Under the pieces are notes generated by a model. The model was not told where the DNA came from. It searched no databases and saw nothing but the letters and a program-made list of their open reading frames with translations. From positions 23,994,001-24,058,000 of the forward strand of contig OZ024741.1 of the NCBI GenBank assembly GCA_964016885.1: a DNA stretch of 64,000 bases, given 5' to 3'. The first letter of the stretch is position 1; every line of letters starts with the position of its first letter. The DNA is from Eledone cirrhosa (taxonomy: Eukaryota). Made by a program: the position numbers and the translations under genes. Positions 28,601 to 42,700 of this stretch are shown piece by piece.

Positions 28601-31600
28601 CTGTGCTGCAGCCATGACCTAACCCTAATCCAGTACATATATAGTAAAAGACTGTGCTTCAGCTGTCACCTAACTCTAATCCAGTACATATATAGTAAAA
28701 GACTGTGCTTCAGCTGTCACCTAACTCTAATCCAGTACATATATAGTAAAAGACTGTGCTGCAGCCATGACCTAACCCTAATCCAGTACATATATAGTAA
28801 AAGACTGTGCTTCAGCTGTCACCTAACTCTAATCCAGTACATATATAGTAAAAGACTGTGCTTCAGCCATGACCTAACCATAATCCAGTACATATATAGT
28901 AAAAGACTGTGCTGCAGCCATGACCTAACCCTAATCCAGTACATATATAGTAAAAGACTGTGCTTCAGCTGTCACCTAACCCTAATCCAGTACATATATA
29001 GTAAAAGACTGTGCTTCAGCTGTCACCTAACTCTAATCCAGTACATATATAGTAAAAGACTGTGCTGCAGCCATGACCTAACCCTAATCCAGTACATATA
29101 TAGTAAAAGACTGTGCTTCAGCTGTCACCTAAACCTAATCCAGTACATCTATAGTAAAAGACTGTGCTTCAGCCATGACCTAACCATAATCCAGTACATA
29201 TATAGTAAAAGACTATGCTTCAGCCATGACCTAACCATAATCCAGTACATATATAGTAAAAGACTGTGCTTCAGCCATGACCTAACCCTAATCCAGTACA
29301 TATATAGTAAAAGACTGTCCTTCAGCTGTCACCTAACCTTAATCCAGTACATATATAGTAAAAGACTGTGCTTCAGCCATGACCTAACCCTAATCCAGTA
29401 CATATATAGTAAAAGACTGTGCTTCAGCCATGACCTAACCATAATCCAGTACATATATAGTAAAAGACTGTGCTGCAGCCATGACCTAACCCTAATCCAG
29501 TACATATATAGTAAAAGACTGTGCTTCAGCCATGACCTAACCATAATCCAGTACATATATAGTAAAAGACTGTGCTTCAGCCATGACCTAACCCTAATCC
29601 AGTACATATATAGTAAAAGACTGTGCTTCAGCCATGACCTAACCATAATCCAGTACATATATAGTAAAAGACTGTGCTTCAGCTGTCACCTAAACCTAAT
29701 CCAGTACATCTATAGTAAAAGACTGTGCTTCAGCTGTCACCTAACCCTAATCCAGTACATATATAGTAAAAGACTGTGCTTCAGCCATGACCTAACCCTA
29801 ATCCAGTACATATATAGTAAAAGACTGTGCTTCAGCTGTCACCTAACTCTAATCCAGTACATATATAGTAAAAGACTGTGCTGCAGCCATGACCTAACCC
29901 TAATCCAGTACATATATAGTAAAAGACTGTGCTTCAGCTGTCACCTAACTCTAATCCAGTACATATATAGTAAAAGACTGTGCTGCAGCCATGACCTAAC
30001 CCTAATCCAGTACATATATAGTAAAAGACTGTGCTTCAGCTGTCACCTAAACCTAATCCAGTACATCTATAGTAAAAGACTGTGCTTCAGCTGTCACCTA
30101 ACTCTAATCCAGTACATATATAGTAAAAGACTGTGCTGCAGCCATGACCTAACCCTAATCCAGTACATATATAGTAAAAGACTGTGCTTCAGCTGTCACC
30201 TAAACCTAATCCAGTACATCTATAGTAAAAGACTGTGCTTCAGCTGTCACCTAACTCTAATCCAGTACATATATAGTAAAAGACTGTGCTGCAGCCATGA
30301 CCTAACCCTAATCCAGTACATATATAGTAAAAGACTGTGCTTCAGCTGTCACCTAAACCTAATCCAGTACATCTATAGTAAAAGACTGTGCTTCAGCTGT
30401 CACCTAACCCTAATCCAGTACATATATAGTAAAAGACTGTGCTTCAGCCATGACCTAACCCTAATCCAGTACATATATAGTAAAAGACTGTGCTTCAGCT
30501 GTCACCTAACTCTAATCCAGTACATATATAGTAAAAGACTGTGCTGCAGCCATGACCTAACCCTAATCCAGTACATATATAGTAAAAGACTGTGCTTCAG
30601 CTGTCACCTAACTCTAATCCAGTACATATATAGTAAAAGACTGTGCTTCAGCTGTCACCTAAACCTAATCCAGTACATCTATAGTAAAAGACTGTGCTTC
30701 AGCTGTCACCTAACCCTAATCCAGTACATATATAGTAAAAGACTGTGCTTCAGCCATGACCTAACCCTAATCCAGTACATATATAGTAAAAGACTGTGCT
30801 TCAGCTGTCACCTAACTCTAATCCAGTACATATATATTAAAAGACTGTGCTGCAGCCATGATCTAACCCTAATCCAGTACATATATAGTAAAAGACTGTG
30901 CTTCAGCTGTCACCTAACTCTAATCCAGTACATATATAGTAAAAGACTGTGCTTCAGCTGTCACCTAACTCTAATCCAGTACATATATAGTAAAAGACTG
31001 TGCTGCAGCCATGACCTAACCCTAATCCAGTACATATATAGTAAAAGACTGTGCTTCAGCTGTCACCTAACTCTAATCCAGTACATATATAGTAAAAGAC
31101 TGTGCTTCAGCTGTCACCTAACTCTAATCCAGTACATATATAGTAAAAGACTGTGCTGCAGCCATGACCTAACCCTAATCCAGTACATATATAGTAAAAG
31201 ACTGTGCTTCAGCTGTCACCTAACTCTAATCCAGTACATATATAGTAAAAGACTCTGCTTCAGCCATGACCTAACCATAATCCAGTACATATATAGTAAA
31301 AGACTGTGCTGCAGCCATGACCTAACCCTAATCCAGTACATATATAGTAAAAGACTGTGCTTCAGCTGTCACCTAAACCTAATCCAGTACATCTATAGTA
31401 AAAGACTGTGCTTCAGCCATGACCTAACTCTAATCCAGTACATATATAGTAAAAGACTGTGCTTCAGCTGTCGCCTAACTCTAATCCAGTACATATATAG
31501 TAAAAGACTGTGCTGCAGCCATGACCTAACCCTAATCCAGTACATATATAGTAAAAGACTGTGCTTCAGCTGTCACCTAACTCTAATCCAGTACATATAT

Positions 31601-34600
31601 AGTAAAAGACTGTGCTTCAGCTGTCACCAAACTCTAATCCAGTACATATATAGTAAAAGACTGTGCTGCAGCCATGACCTAACCCTAATCCAGTACATAT
31701 ATAGTAAAAAACTGTGCTTCAGCTGTCACCTAACTCTAATCCAGTACATATATAGTAAAAGACTGTGCTGCAGCCATGACCTAACCCTAATCCAGTACAT
31801 ATATAGTAAAAGACTGTGCTTCAGCTGTCACCTAAACCTAATCCAGTACATCTATAGTAAAAGACTGTGCTTCAGCTGTCACCTAACTCTAATCCAGTAC
31901 ATATATAGTAAAAGACTGTGCTGCAGCCATGACCTAACCCTAATCCAGTACATATATAGTAAAAGACTGTGCTTCAGCTGTCACCTAAACCTAATCCAGT
32001 ACATCTATAGTAAAAGACTGTGCTTCAGCTGTCACCTAACCCTAATCCAGTACATATATAGTAAAAGACTGTGCTTCAGCCATGACCTAACCCTAATCCA
32101 GTACATATATAGTAAAAGACTGTGCTTCAGCTGTCACCTAACTCTAATCCAGTACATATATAGTAAAAGACTGTGCTGCAGCCATGACCTAACCCTAATC
32201 CAGTACATATATAGTAAAAGACTGTGCTTCAGCTGTCACCTAACTCTAATCCAGTACATATATAGTAAAAGACTGTGCTTCAGCTGTCACCTAACACTAA
32301 TCCAGTACATATATAGTAAAAGACTGTGCTGCAGCCATGACCTAACCCTAATCCAGTACATATATAGTAAAAGACTGTGCTTCAGCTGTCACCTAACTCT
32401 AATCCAGTACATATATAGTAAAAGACTGTGCTGCAGCCATGACCTAACCCTAATCCAGTACATATATAGTAAAAGACTGTGCTTCAGCTGTCACCTAAAC
32501 CTAATCCAGTACATCTATATTAAAAGACTGTGCTTCAGCTGTCACCTAACTCTAATCCAGTACATATATAGTAAAAGACTGTGCTGCAGCCATGACCTAA
32601 CCCTAATCCAGTACATATATAGTAAAAGACTGTGCTTCAGCTGTCACCTAAACCTAATCCAGTACATCTATAGTAAAAGACTGTGCTTCAGCTGTCACCT
32701 AACCCTAATCCAGTACATATATAGTAAAAGACTGTGCTTCAGCCATGACCTAACCCTAAACCAGTACATATATAGTAAAAGACTGTGCTTCAGCTGTCAC
32801 CTAACCCTAATCCAGTACATATATAGTAAAAGACTGTGCTTCAGCTGTGACCTAACTCTAATCCAGTACATATATAGTAAAAGACTGTGCTTCAGCCATG
32901 ACCTAACCCTAATCCAGTACATCTATAGTAAAAGACTGTGCTTCAGCTGTCACCTAACCCTAATCCAGTACATATATAGTAAAAGACTGTGCTTCAGCCA
33001 TGACCTAACCCTAATCCAGTACATATATAGTAAAAGACTGTGCTTCAGCTGTCACCTAACTCTAATCCAGTACATATATAGTAAAAGACTGTGCTGCAGC
33101 CATGACCTAACCCTAATCCAGTACATATATAGTAAAAGACTGTGCTTCAGCTGTCACCTAACTCTAATCCAGTACATATATAGTAAAAGACTGTGCTGCA
33201 GCCATGACCTAACCCTAATCCAGTACATATATAGTAAAAGACTGTGCTTCAGCTGTCACCTAAACCTAATCCAGTACATCTATAGTAAAAGACTGTGCTT
33301 CAGCTGTCACCTAACTCTAATCCAGTACATATATAGTAAAAGACTGTGCTGCAGCCATGACCTAACCCTAATCCAGTACATATATAGTAAAAGACTGTGC
33401 TTCAGCTGTCACCTAAACCTAATCCAGTACATCTATAGTAAAAGACTGTGCTTCAGCTGTCACCTAACTCTAATCCAGTACATATATAGTAAAAGACTGT
33501 GCTGCAGCCATGACCTAACCCTAATCCAGTACATATATAGTAAAAGACTGTGCTTCAGCTGTCACCTAAACCTAATCCAGTACATCTATAGTAAAAGACT
33601 GTGCTTCAGCTGTCACCTAACCCTAATCCAGTACATATACAGTAAAAGACTGTGCTTCAGCCATGACCTAACCCTAATCCAGTACATATATAGTAAAAGA
33701 CTGTGCTTCAGCTGTCACCTAACTCTAATCCAGTACATATATAGTAAAAGACTGTGCTGCAGCCATGACCTAACCCTAATCCAGTACATATATAGTAAAA
33801 GACTGTGCTTCAGCTGTCACCTAACTCTAATCCAGTACATATATAGTAAAAGACTGTGCTTCAGCTGTCACCTAAACCTAATCCAGTACATCTATAGTAA
33901 AAGACTGTGCTTCAGCTGTCACCTAACCCTAATCCAGTACATATATAGTAAAAGACTGTGCTTCAGCCATGACCTAACCCTAATCCAGTACATATATAGT
34001 AAAAGACTGTGCTTCAGCTGTCACCTAACTCTAATCCAGTACATATATATTAAAAGACTGTGCTGCAGCCATGATCTAACCCTAATCCAGTACATATATA
34101 GTAAAAGACTGTGCTTCAGCTGTCACCTAACTCTAATCCAGTACATATATAGTAAAAGACTGTGCTTCAGCTGTCACCTAACTCTAATCCAGTACATATA
34201 TAGTAAAAGACTGTGCTGCAGCCATGACCTAACCCTAATCCAGTACATATATAGTAAAAGACTGTGCTTCAGCTGTCACCTAACTCTAATCCAGTACATA
34301 TATAGTAAAAGACTGTGCTTCAGCTGTCACCTAACTCTAATCCAGTACATATATAGTAAAAGACTGTGCTGCAGCCATGACCTAACCCTAATCCAGTACA
34401 TATATAGTAAAAGACTGTGCTTCAGCTGTCACCTAACTCTAATCCAGTACATATATAGTAAAAGACTCTGCTTCAGCCATGACCTAACCATAATCCAGTA
34501 CATATATAGTAAAAGACTGTGCTGCAGCCATGACCTAACCCTAATCCAGTACATATATAGTAAAAGACTGTGCTTCAGCTGTCACCTAAACCTAATCCAG

Positions 34601-36000
34601 TACATCTATAGTAAAAGACTGTGCTTCAGCCATGACCTAACTCTAATCCAGTACATATATAGTAAAAGACTGTGCTTCAGCTGTCACCTAAACCTAATCC
34701 AGTACATCTATAGTAAAAGACTGTGCTTCAGCCATGACCTAACTCTAATCCAGTACATATATAGTAAAAGACTGTGCTTCAGCTGTCGCCTAACTCTAAT
34801 CCAGTACATATATAGTAAAAGACTGTGCTGCAGCCATGACCTAACCCTAATCCAGTACATATATAGTAAAAGACTGTGCTTCAGCTGTCACCTAACTCTA
34901 ATCCAGTACATATATAGTAAAAGACTGTGCTTCAGCTGTCACCTAACTCTAATCCAGTACATATATAGTAAAAGACTGTGCTGCAGCCATGACCTAACCC
35001 TAATCCAGTACATATATAGTAAAAGACTGTGCTTCAGCTGTCACCTAAACCTAATCCAGTACATCTATAGTAAAAGACTGTGCTTCAGCTGTCACCTAAC
35101 CCTAATCCAGTATATATATAGTAAAAGACTGTGCTTCAGCCATGACCTAACCCTAATCCAGTACATATATAGTAAAAGACTGTGCTTCAGCTGTCACCTA
35201 ACTCTAATCCAGTACATATATAGTAAAAGACTGTGCTGCAGCCATGACCTAACCCTAATCCAGTACATATATAGTAAAAGACTGTGCTTCAGCTGTCACC
35301 TAACTCTAATCCAGTACATATATAGTAAAAGACTGTGCTTCAGCTGTCACCTAACACTAATCCAGTACATATATAGTAAAAGACTGTGCTGCAGCCATGA
35401 CCTAACCCTAATCCAGTACATATATAGTAAAAGACTGTGCTTCAGCTGTCACCTAACTCTAATCCAGTACATATATAGTAAAAGACTGTGCTGCAGCCAT
35501 GACCTAACCCTAATCCAGTACATATATAGTAAAAGACTGTGCTTCAGCTGTCACCTAAACCTAATCCAGTACATCTATAGTAAAAGACTGTGCTTCAGCT
35601 GTCACCTAACTCTAATCCAGTACATATATAGTAAAAGACTGTGCTGCAGCCATGACCTAACCCTAATCCAGTACATATATAGTAAAAGACTGTGCTTCAG
35701 CTGTCACCTAAACCTAATCCAGTACATCTATAGTAAAAGACTGTGCTTCAGCTGTCACCTAACCCTAATCCAGTACATATATAGTAAAAGACTGTGCTTC
35801 AGCCATGACCTAACCCTAAACCAGTACATATATAGTAAAAGACTGTGCTTCAGCTGTCACCTAACCCTAATCCAGTACATATATAGTAAAAGACTGTGCT
35901 TCAGCTGTGACCTAACTCTAATCCAGTACATATATAGTAAAAGACTGTGCTTCAGCCATGACCTAACCCTAATCCAGTACATATATAGTAAAAGACTGTG
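21650..36000 (+). repeat. Homogeneous core: 47-mer/36-mer units (2,397/1,836 bp, compound 83-mer of 4,233 bp) followed by 63/60-mer duplications
   Basis: B-type runs recur at 23028, 25425, 27261 and 29658 (offsets of 47, 36 and 47 monomers). The atattaaaag+gatct marker is at 26601, 30834 (+83 monomers) and 34047 (+63). ctaacactaa is at 32291 and 35351, and taaccctaaa at 32751 and 35811 (+60). Confidence 0.85.
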
Positions 36001-36799
36001 CTTCAGCTGTCACCTAACTCTAATCCAGTACATATATAGTAAAAGACTGTGCTGCAGCCATGACCTAACCCTAATCCAGTACATATATAGTAAAAGACTG
36101 TGCTTCAGCTGTCACCTAACTCTAATCCAGTACATATATAGTAAAAGACTGTGCTTCAGCTGTCACCTAACTCTAATCTAGTACATATATAGTAAAAGAC
36201 TGTGCTGCAGCCATGACCTAACCCTAATCCAGTACATATATAGTAAAAGACTGTGCTTCAGCTGTCACCTAACTCTAATCCAGTACATATATAGTAAAAG
36301 ACTGTGCTTCAGCTGTCACCTAACTCTAATCCAGTACATATATAGTAAAAGACTGTGCTGCAGCCATGACCTAACCCTAATCCAGTACATATATAGTAAA
36401 AGACTGTGCTTCAGCTGTCACCTAACTCTAATCCAGTACATATATAGTAAAAGACTGTGCTTCAGCCATGACCTAACCATAATCCAGTACATATATAGTA
36501 AAAGACTGTGCTGCAGCCATGACCTAACCCTAATCCAGTACATATATAGTAAAAGACTGTGCTTCAGCTGTCACCTAACCCTAATCCAGTACATATATAG
36601 TAAAAGACTGTGCTTCAGCTGTTACCTAACTCTAATCCAGTACATATATAGTAAAAGACTGTGCTGCAGCCATGACCTAACCCTAATCCAGTACATATAT
36701 AGTAAAAGACTGTGCTTCAGCTGTCACCTAAACCTAATCCAGTACATCTATAGTAAAAGACTGTGCTTCAGCCATGACCTAACCCTAATCCAGTACATA

Positions 36800-39700
36800 T
36801 ATAGTAAAAGACTGTGCTTCAGCTGTCACCTAACTCTAATCCAGTACATATATAGTAAAAGACTGTGCTGCAGCCATGACCTAACCCTAATCCAGTACAT
36901 ATATAGTAAAAGACTGTGCTTCAGCTGTCACCTAAACCTAATCCAGTACATCTATAGTAAAAGACTGTGCTTCAGCCATGACCTAACCCTAATCCAGTAC
37001 ATATATAGTAAAAGACTGTGCTTCAGCTGTGACCTAACCCTAATCCAGTACATATATAGTAAAAGACTGTGCTTCAGCTGTCACCTAACTCTAATCCAGT
37101 ACATATATAGAAAAAGACTGTGCTGCAGCTGTCACCTAACTCTAATCCAGTACATATATAGTAAAAGACTGTGCTGCAGCCATGACCTAACCCTAATCCA
37201 GTACATATATAGTAAAAGACTGTGCTTCAGCTGTCACCTAAACCTAATCCAGTACATCTATAGTAAAAGACTGTGCTTCAGCTGTCACCTAACCCTAATC
37301 CAGTACATATATAGTAAAAGACTGTGCTTCAGCCATGACCTAACCCTAATCCAGTACATATATAGTAAAAGACTGTGCTTCAGCTGTCACCTAACTCTAA
37401 TCCACTACATATATAGTAAAAGACTGTGCTTCAGCCATGACCTAACCCTAATCCAGTACATATATAGTAAAAGACTGTGCTTCAGCTGTCACCTAACTCT
37501 AATCCAGTACATATATAGTAAAAGACTGTGCTGCAGCCATGACCTAACCCTAATCCAGTACATATATAGTAAAAGACTGTGCTTCAGCTGTCACCTAACC
37601 CTAATCCAGTACATATATAGTAAAAGACTGTGCTTCAGCTGTCACCTAACTCTAATCCAGTACATATATAGTAAAAGACTGTGCTGCAGCCATGACCTAA
37701 CCCTAATCCAGTACATATATAGTAAAAGACTGTGCTTCAGCTGTCACCTAACTCTAATCCAGTACATATATAGTAAAAGACTGTGCTTCAGCCATGACCT
37801 AACCATAATCCAGTACATATATAGTAAAAGACTGTGCTGCAGCCATGACCTAACCCTAATCCAGTACATATATAGTAAAAGACTGTGCTTCAGCTGTCAC
37901 CTAACTCTAATCCAGTACATATATAGTAAAAGACTGTGCTTCAGCCATGACCTAACCATAATCCAGTACATATATAGTAAAAGACTGTGCTGCAGCCATG
38001 ACCTAACCCTAATCCAGTACATATATAGTAAAAGACTGTGCTTCAGCTGTCACCTAAACCTAATCCAGTACATCTATAGTAAAAGACTGTGCTTCAGCCA
38101 TGACCTAACTCTAATCCAGTAGTTATATAGTAAAAAACTGTGCTTCAGCTGTCACCTAACCCTAATCCAGTACATATATAGTAAAAGACTGTGCTTCAGC
38201 TGTCACCTAAACCTAATCCAGTACATCTATAGTAAAAGACTGTGCTTCAGCCATGACCTAACTCTAATCCAGTAGTTATATAGTAAAAAACTGTGCTTCA
38301 GCTGTCACCTAACCCTAATCCAGTACATATATAGTAAAAGACTGTGCTTCAGCTGTCACCTAACCCTAATCCAGTACATATATAGTATAAGACTGTGCTT
38401 CAGCTGTCACCTAACTCTAATCCAGTACATATATAGTAAAAGACTGTGCTGCAGCCATGACCTAACCCTAATCCAGTACATATATAGTAAAAGAATGTGC
38501 TTCAGCTGTCACCTAACTCTAATCCAGTACATATATAGTAAAAGACTGTGCTGCAGCCATGACCTAACCCTAATCCAGTACATATATAGTAAAAGACTGT
38601 GCTTCAGCTGTGACCTAACTCTAATCCAGTACATATATAGTAAAAGACTGTGCTTCAGCTGTCACCTAACTCTAATCCAGTACATATATAGTAAAAGACT
38701 GTGCTGCAGCCATGACCTAACCCTAATCCAGTACATATATAGTAAAAGACTGTGCTTCAGCTGTCACCTAACTCTAATCCAGTACATATATAGTAAAAGA
38801 CTGTGCTTCAGCTGTCACCTAACTCTAATCCAGTACATATATAGTAAAAGACTGTGCTGCAGCCATGACCTAACCCTAATCCAGTACATATATAGTAAAA
38901 AACTGTGCTTCAGCTGTCACCTAACCCTAATCCAGTACATATATAATAAAAGACTGTGCTTCAGCTGTCACCTAACCCTAATGCAGTACATATATAATAA
39001 AAGACTGTGCTGCAGCCATGACCTAACCATAATCCAGTACATATATAGTAAAAGACTGTGCTTCAGCCATGACCTAACCCTAATCCAGTACTTATATAGT
39101 AAAAAACTGTGCTTCAGCTGTCACCTAACCCTAATCCAGTACATATATAGTAAAAGACTGTGCTTCAGCTGTCACCTAACTCTAATCCAGTACATATATA
39201 GTAATAGACCATGTTTCAGCTGTGACCTAACCCTAATCCAGTACATATATAGTAAAAGACTGTGCTTCAGCCATGACCTAACCCTAATACAGTACATATA
39301 TAGTAAAAGACTGTGCTTCAGCCATGACCTAACCCTAATCCAGTACATATATAGTAAAAGACTGTGCTTCAGACATGACCTAACCCTAATCCAGTACATA
39401 TATAGTAAAAACTGTGCTTCAGCTGTCACCTAACCCTAATCCAGTACATATATAGTAAAAGACTGTGTTTCAGCTGTCACCTAACCCTAATCCAGTACAT
39501 ATATAGTAAAAGACCGTGCTTCAGCCATGACCTAACCCTAATCCAGTACATATATAGTAAAAGACTGTGCTTCAGCCATGACCTAACCCTAATCCAGTAC
39601 ATATATAGTAAAAGACTGTGCTTCAGCTGTCACCTAACCCTAATCCAGTACATATATAGTAAAAACTGTGCTTCAGCTGACTCCTAACCCTAATCCAGTA

Positions 39701-42700
39701 CATATATAGTAAAAGACTGTGCTTCAGCTGTCACCTAACTCTAATCCAGTACATATATAGTAAAAGACCGTGCTTCAGCCATGACGTAACTTTAATCCAA
39801 TCCATATATAGTAAAAGACTGTGCTTCAGCCATGACCTAACCCTAATCCAGTACATATATAGTAAAAGACCGTACTTCAGCCATGACGTAACTTTAATCC
39901 AATCCATATATAGTAAAAGACTGTGCTTCAGCTGTCACCTAACTCTAATCCTGTACATATATAGTAAAAGACCGTGTTTCAGCTGTGACCTAACCCTAAT
40001 CCAGTACATATATAGTAAAAGACTGTGCTTCAGCTGTCACCTAACTCTAATCCAGTACATATATAGTAAAAGACCGTGTTTCAGCTGTGACCTAATCCTA
40101 ATCCAGTACATATATAGTAAAAGACTGTGCTTCAGCCATGACCTAACCCTAATCCAGTACATATATAGTAAAAGACTGTGCTTCAGCCATGACCTAACCC
40201 TAATCCAGTACATATATAGTAAAAGACTGTGCTTCAGCCATGACCTAACCCTAATCCAGTACATATATAGTAAAAGACTGTGCTTCAGCTGTCACCTAAC
40301 CCTAATCAAGTACATATATAGTAAAAGACTGTGCTTCAGCTGACTCCTAACCCTAATCCAGTACATATATAGTAAAAGACTGTGCTTCAGCTGTCACCTA
40401 ACTCTAATCCAGTACATATATAGTAAAAGACCGTGCTTCAGCCATGACGTAACTTTAATCCAATCCATATATAGTAAAAGACTGTGCTTCAGCCATGACC
40501 TAACCCTAATCCAGTACATATATAGTAAAAGACCGTACTTCAGCCATGACGTAACTTTAATCCAATCCATATATAGTAAAAGACTGTGCTTCAGCTGTCA
40601 CCTAACTCTAATCCTGTACATATATAGTAAAAGACTGTGCTTCAGCTGTCACCTAACCCTAATCCAGTACATATATAGTAAAAGACTGTGCTTCAGCTGT
40701 CACCTAACCCTAATCCTGTACATATATAGTAAAAGACTGTGCTTCAGCCATGACCTAACCCTAATCCAGTACATATATAGTAAAAGACTGTGCTTCAGCT
40801 GTCACCGAACTCTAATCCAGTACATATATAGTAAAAGACCGTGCCTCAGCCATGACCTAACTCTAATCCAGTACATATATAGTAAAAGACCGTGCTTCAG
40901 CTGTCACCTAACCCTAATCCAGTACATATATAGTAAAAGACTGTGCTTCAGCTGTCACCTAACTCTAATCCAGTACATATATAGTAAAAGACCGTGCTTC
41001 AGCTGTCACCTAACTCTAATCCAGTGCATATATAGTAAAAGACTGTGCCTCAGCTGTGACCTAACCCTAATCCAGTACATATATAGTAAAAGACTGTGCT
41101 TCAGCTGTCACCTAACTCTAATCCGGTACATATATAGTAAAAGACTGTGCTTCAGCTGTCACCTAACTCTAATCCGGTACATATATAGTAAAAGACTGTG
41201 CTTCAGCTGTCACCTAACTCTAATCCAGTACATATATAGTAAAAGACTGTGCTGCAGCCATGACCTAACCCTAATCCAGTACATATATAGTAAAAAACTG
41301 TGCTTCAGCTGTCACCTAACCCTAATCCAGTACATATATAATAAAAGACTGTGCTTCAGCTGTCACCTAACCCTAATCCAGTACATATATAATAAAAGAC
41401 TGTGCTGCAGCCATGACCTAACCATAATCCAGTACATATATAGTAAAAGACTGTGCTTCAGCCATGACCTAACCCTAATCCAGTACTTATATAGTAAAAA
41501 ACTGTGCTTCAGCTGTCACCTAAACCTAATCCAGTACATCTATAGTAAAAGACTGTGCTTCAGCCATGACCTAACCCTAATCCAGTACATATATAGTAAA
41601 AGACTGTGCTTCAGCTGTGACCTAACCCTAATCCAGTACATATATAGTAAAAGACTGTGCTTCAGCTGTCACCTAACTCTAATCCAGTACATATATAGTA
41701 AAAAACTGTGCTTCAGCTGTCACCTAACCCTAATCCAGTACATATATAATAAAAGACTGTGCTTCAGCTGTCACCTAACCCTAATCCAGTACATATATAA
41801 TAAAAGACTGTGCTGCAGCCATGATCTAACCATAATCCAGTACATATATAGTAAAAGACTGTGCTTCAGCCATGACCTAACCCTAATCCAGTACATATAT
41901 AGTAAAAGACTGTGCTTCAGCTGTCACCTAAACCTAATCCAGTACATCTATAGTAAAAGACTGTGCTTCATCCATGACCTAACCCTAATCCAGTACATAT
42001 ATAGTAAAAAACTGTGCTTCAGCTGTCACCTAACTCTAATCCAGTACATATATAGTAAAAGACTGTGCTGCAGCCATGACCTAACCCTAATCCAGTACAT
42101 ATATAGTAAAAGACTGTGCTTCAGCTGTCACCTAAACCTAATCCAGTACATCTATAGTAAAAGACTGTGCTTCAGCCATGACCTAACCCTAATCCAGTAC
42201 ATATATAGTAAAAGACTGTGCTTCAGCTGTGACCTAACCCTAATCCAGTACATATATAGTAAAAGACTGTGCTTCAGCTGTCACCTAACTCTAATCCAGT
42301 ACATATATAGAAAAAGACTGTGCTGCAGCTGTCACCTAACTCTAATCCAGTACATATATAGTAAAAGACTGTGCTGCAGCCATGACCTAACCCTAATCCA
42401 GTACATATATAGTAAAAGACTGTGCTTCAGCTGTCACCTAAACCTAATCCAGTACATCTATAGTAAAAGACTGTGCTTCAGCTGTCACCTAACTCTAATC
42501 CAGTACATATATAGTAAAAGACTGTGCTGCAGCCATGACCTAACCCTAATCCAGTACATATATAGTAAAAGACTGTGCTTCAGCTGTCACCTAACCCTAA
42601 TCCAGTACATATATAGTAAAAGACTGTGCTTCAGCCATGACCTAACCCTAATCCAGTACATATATAGTAAAAGACTGTGCTTCAGCTGTCACCTAACTCT

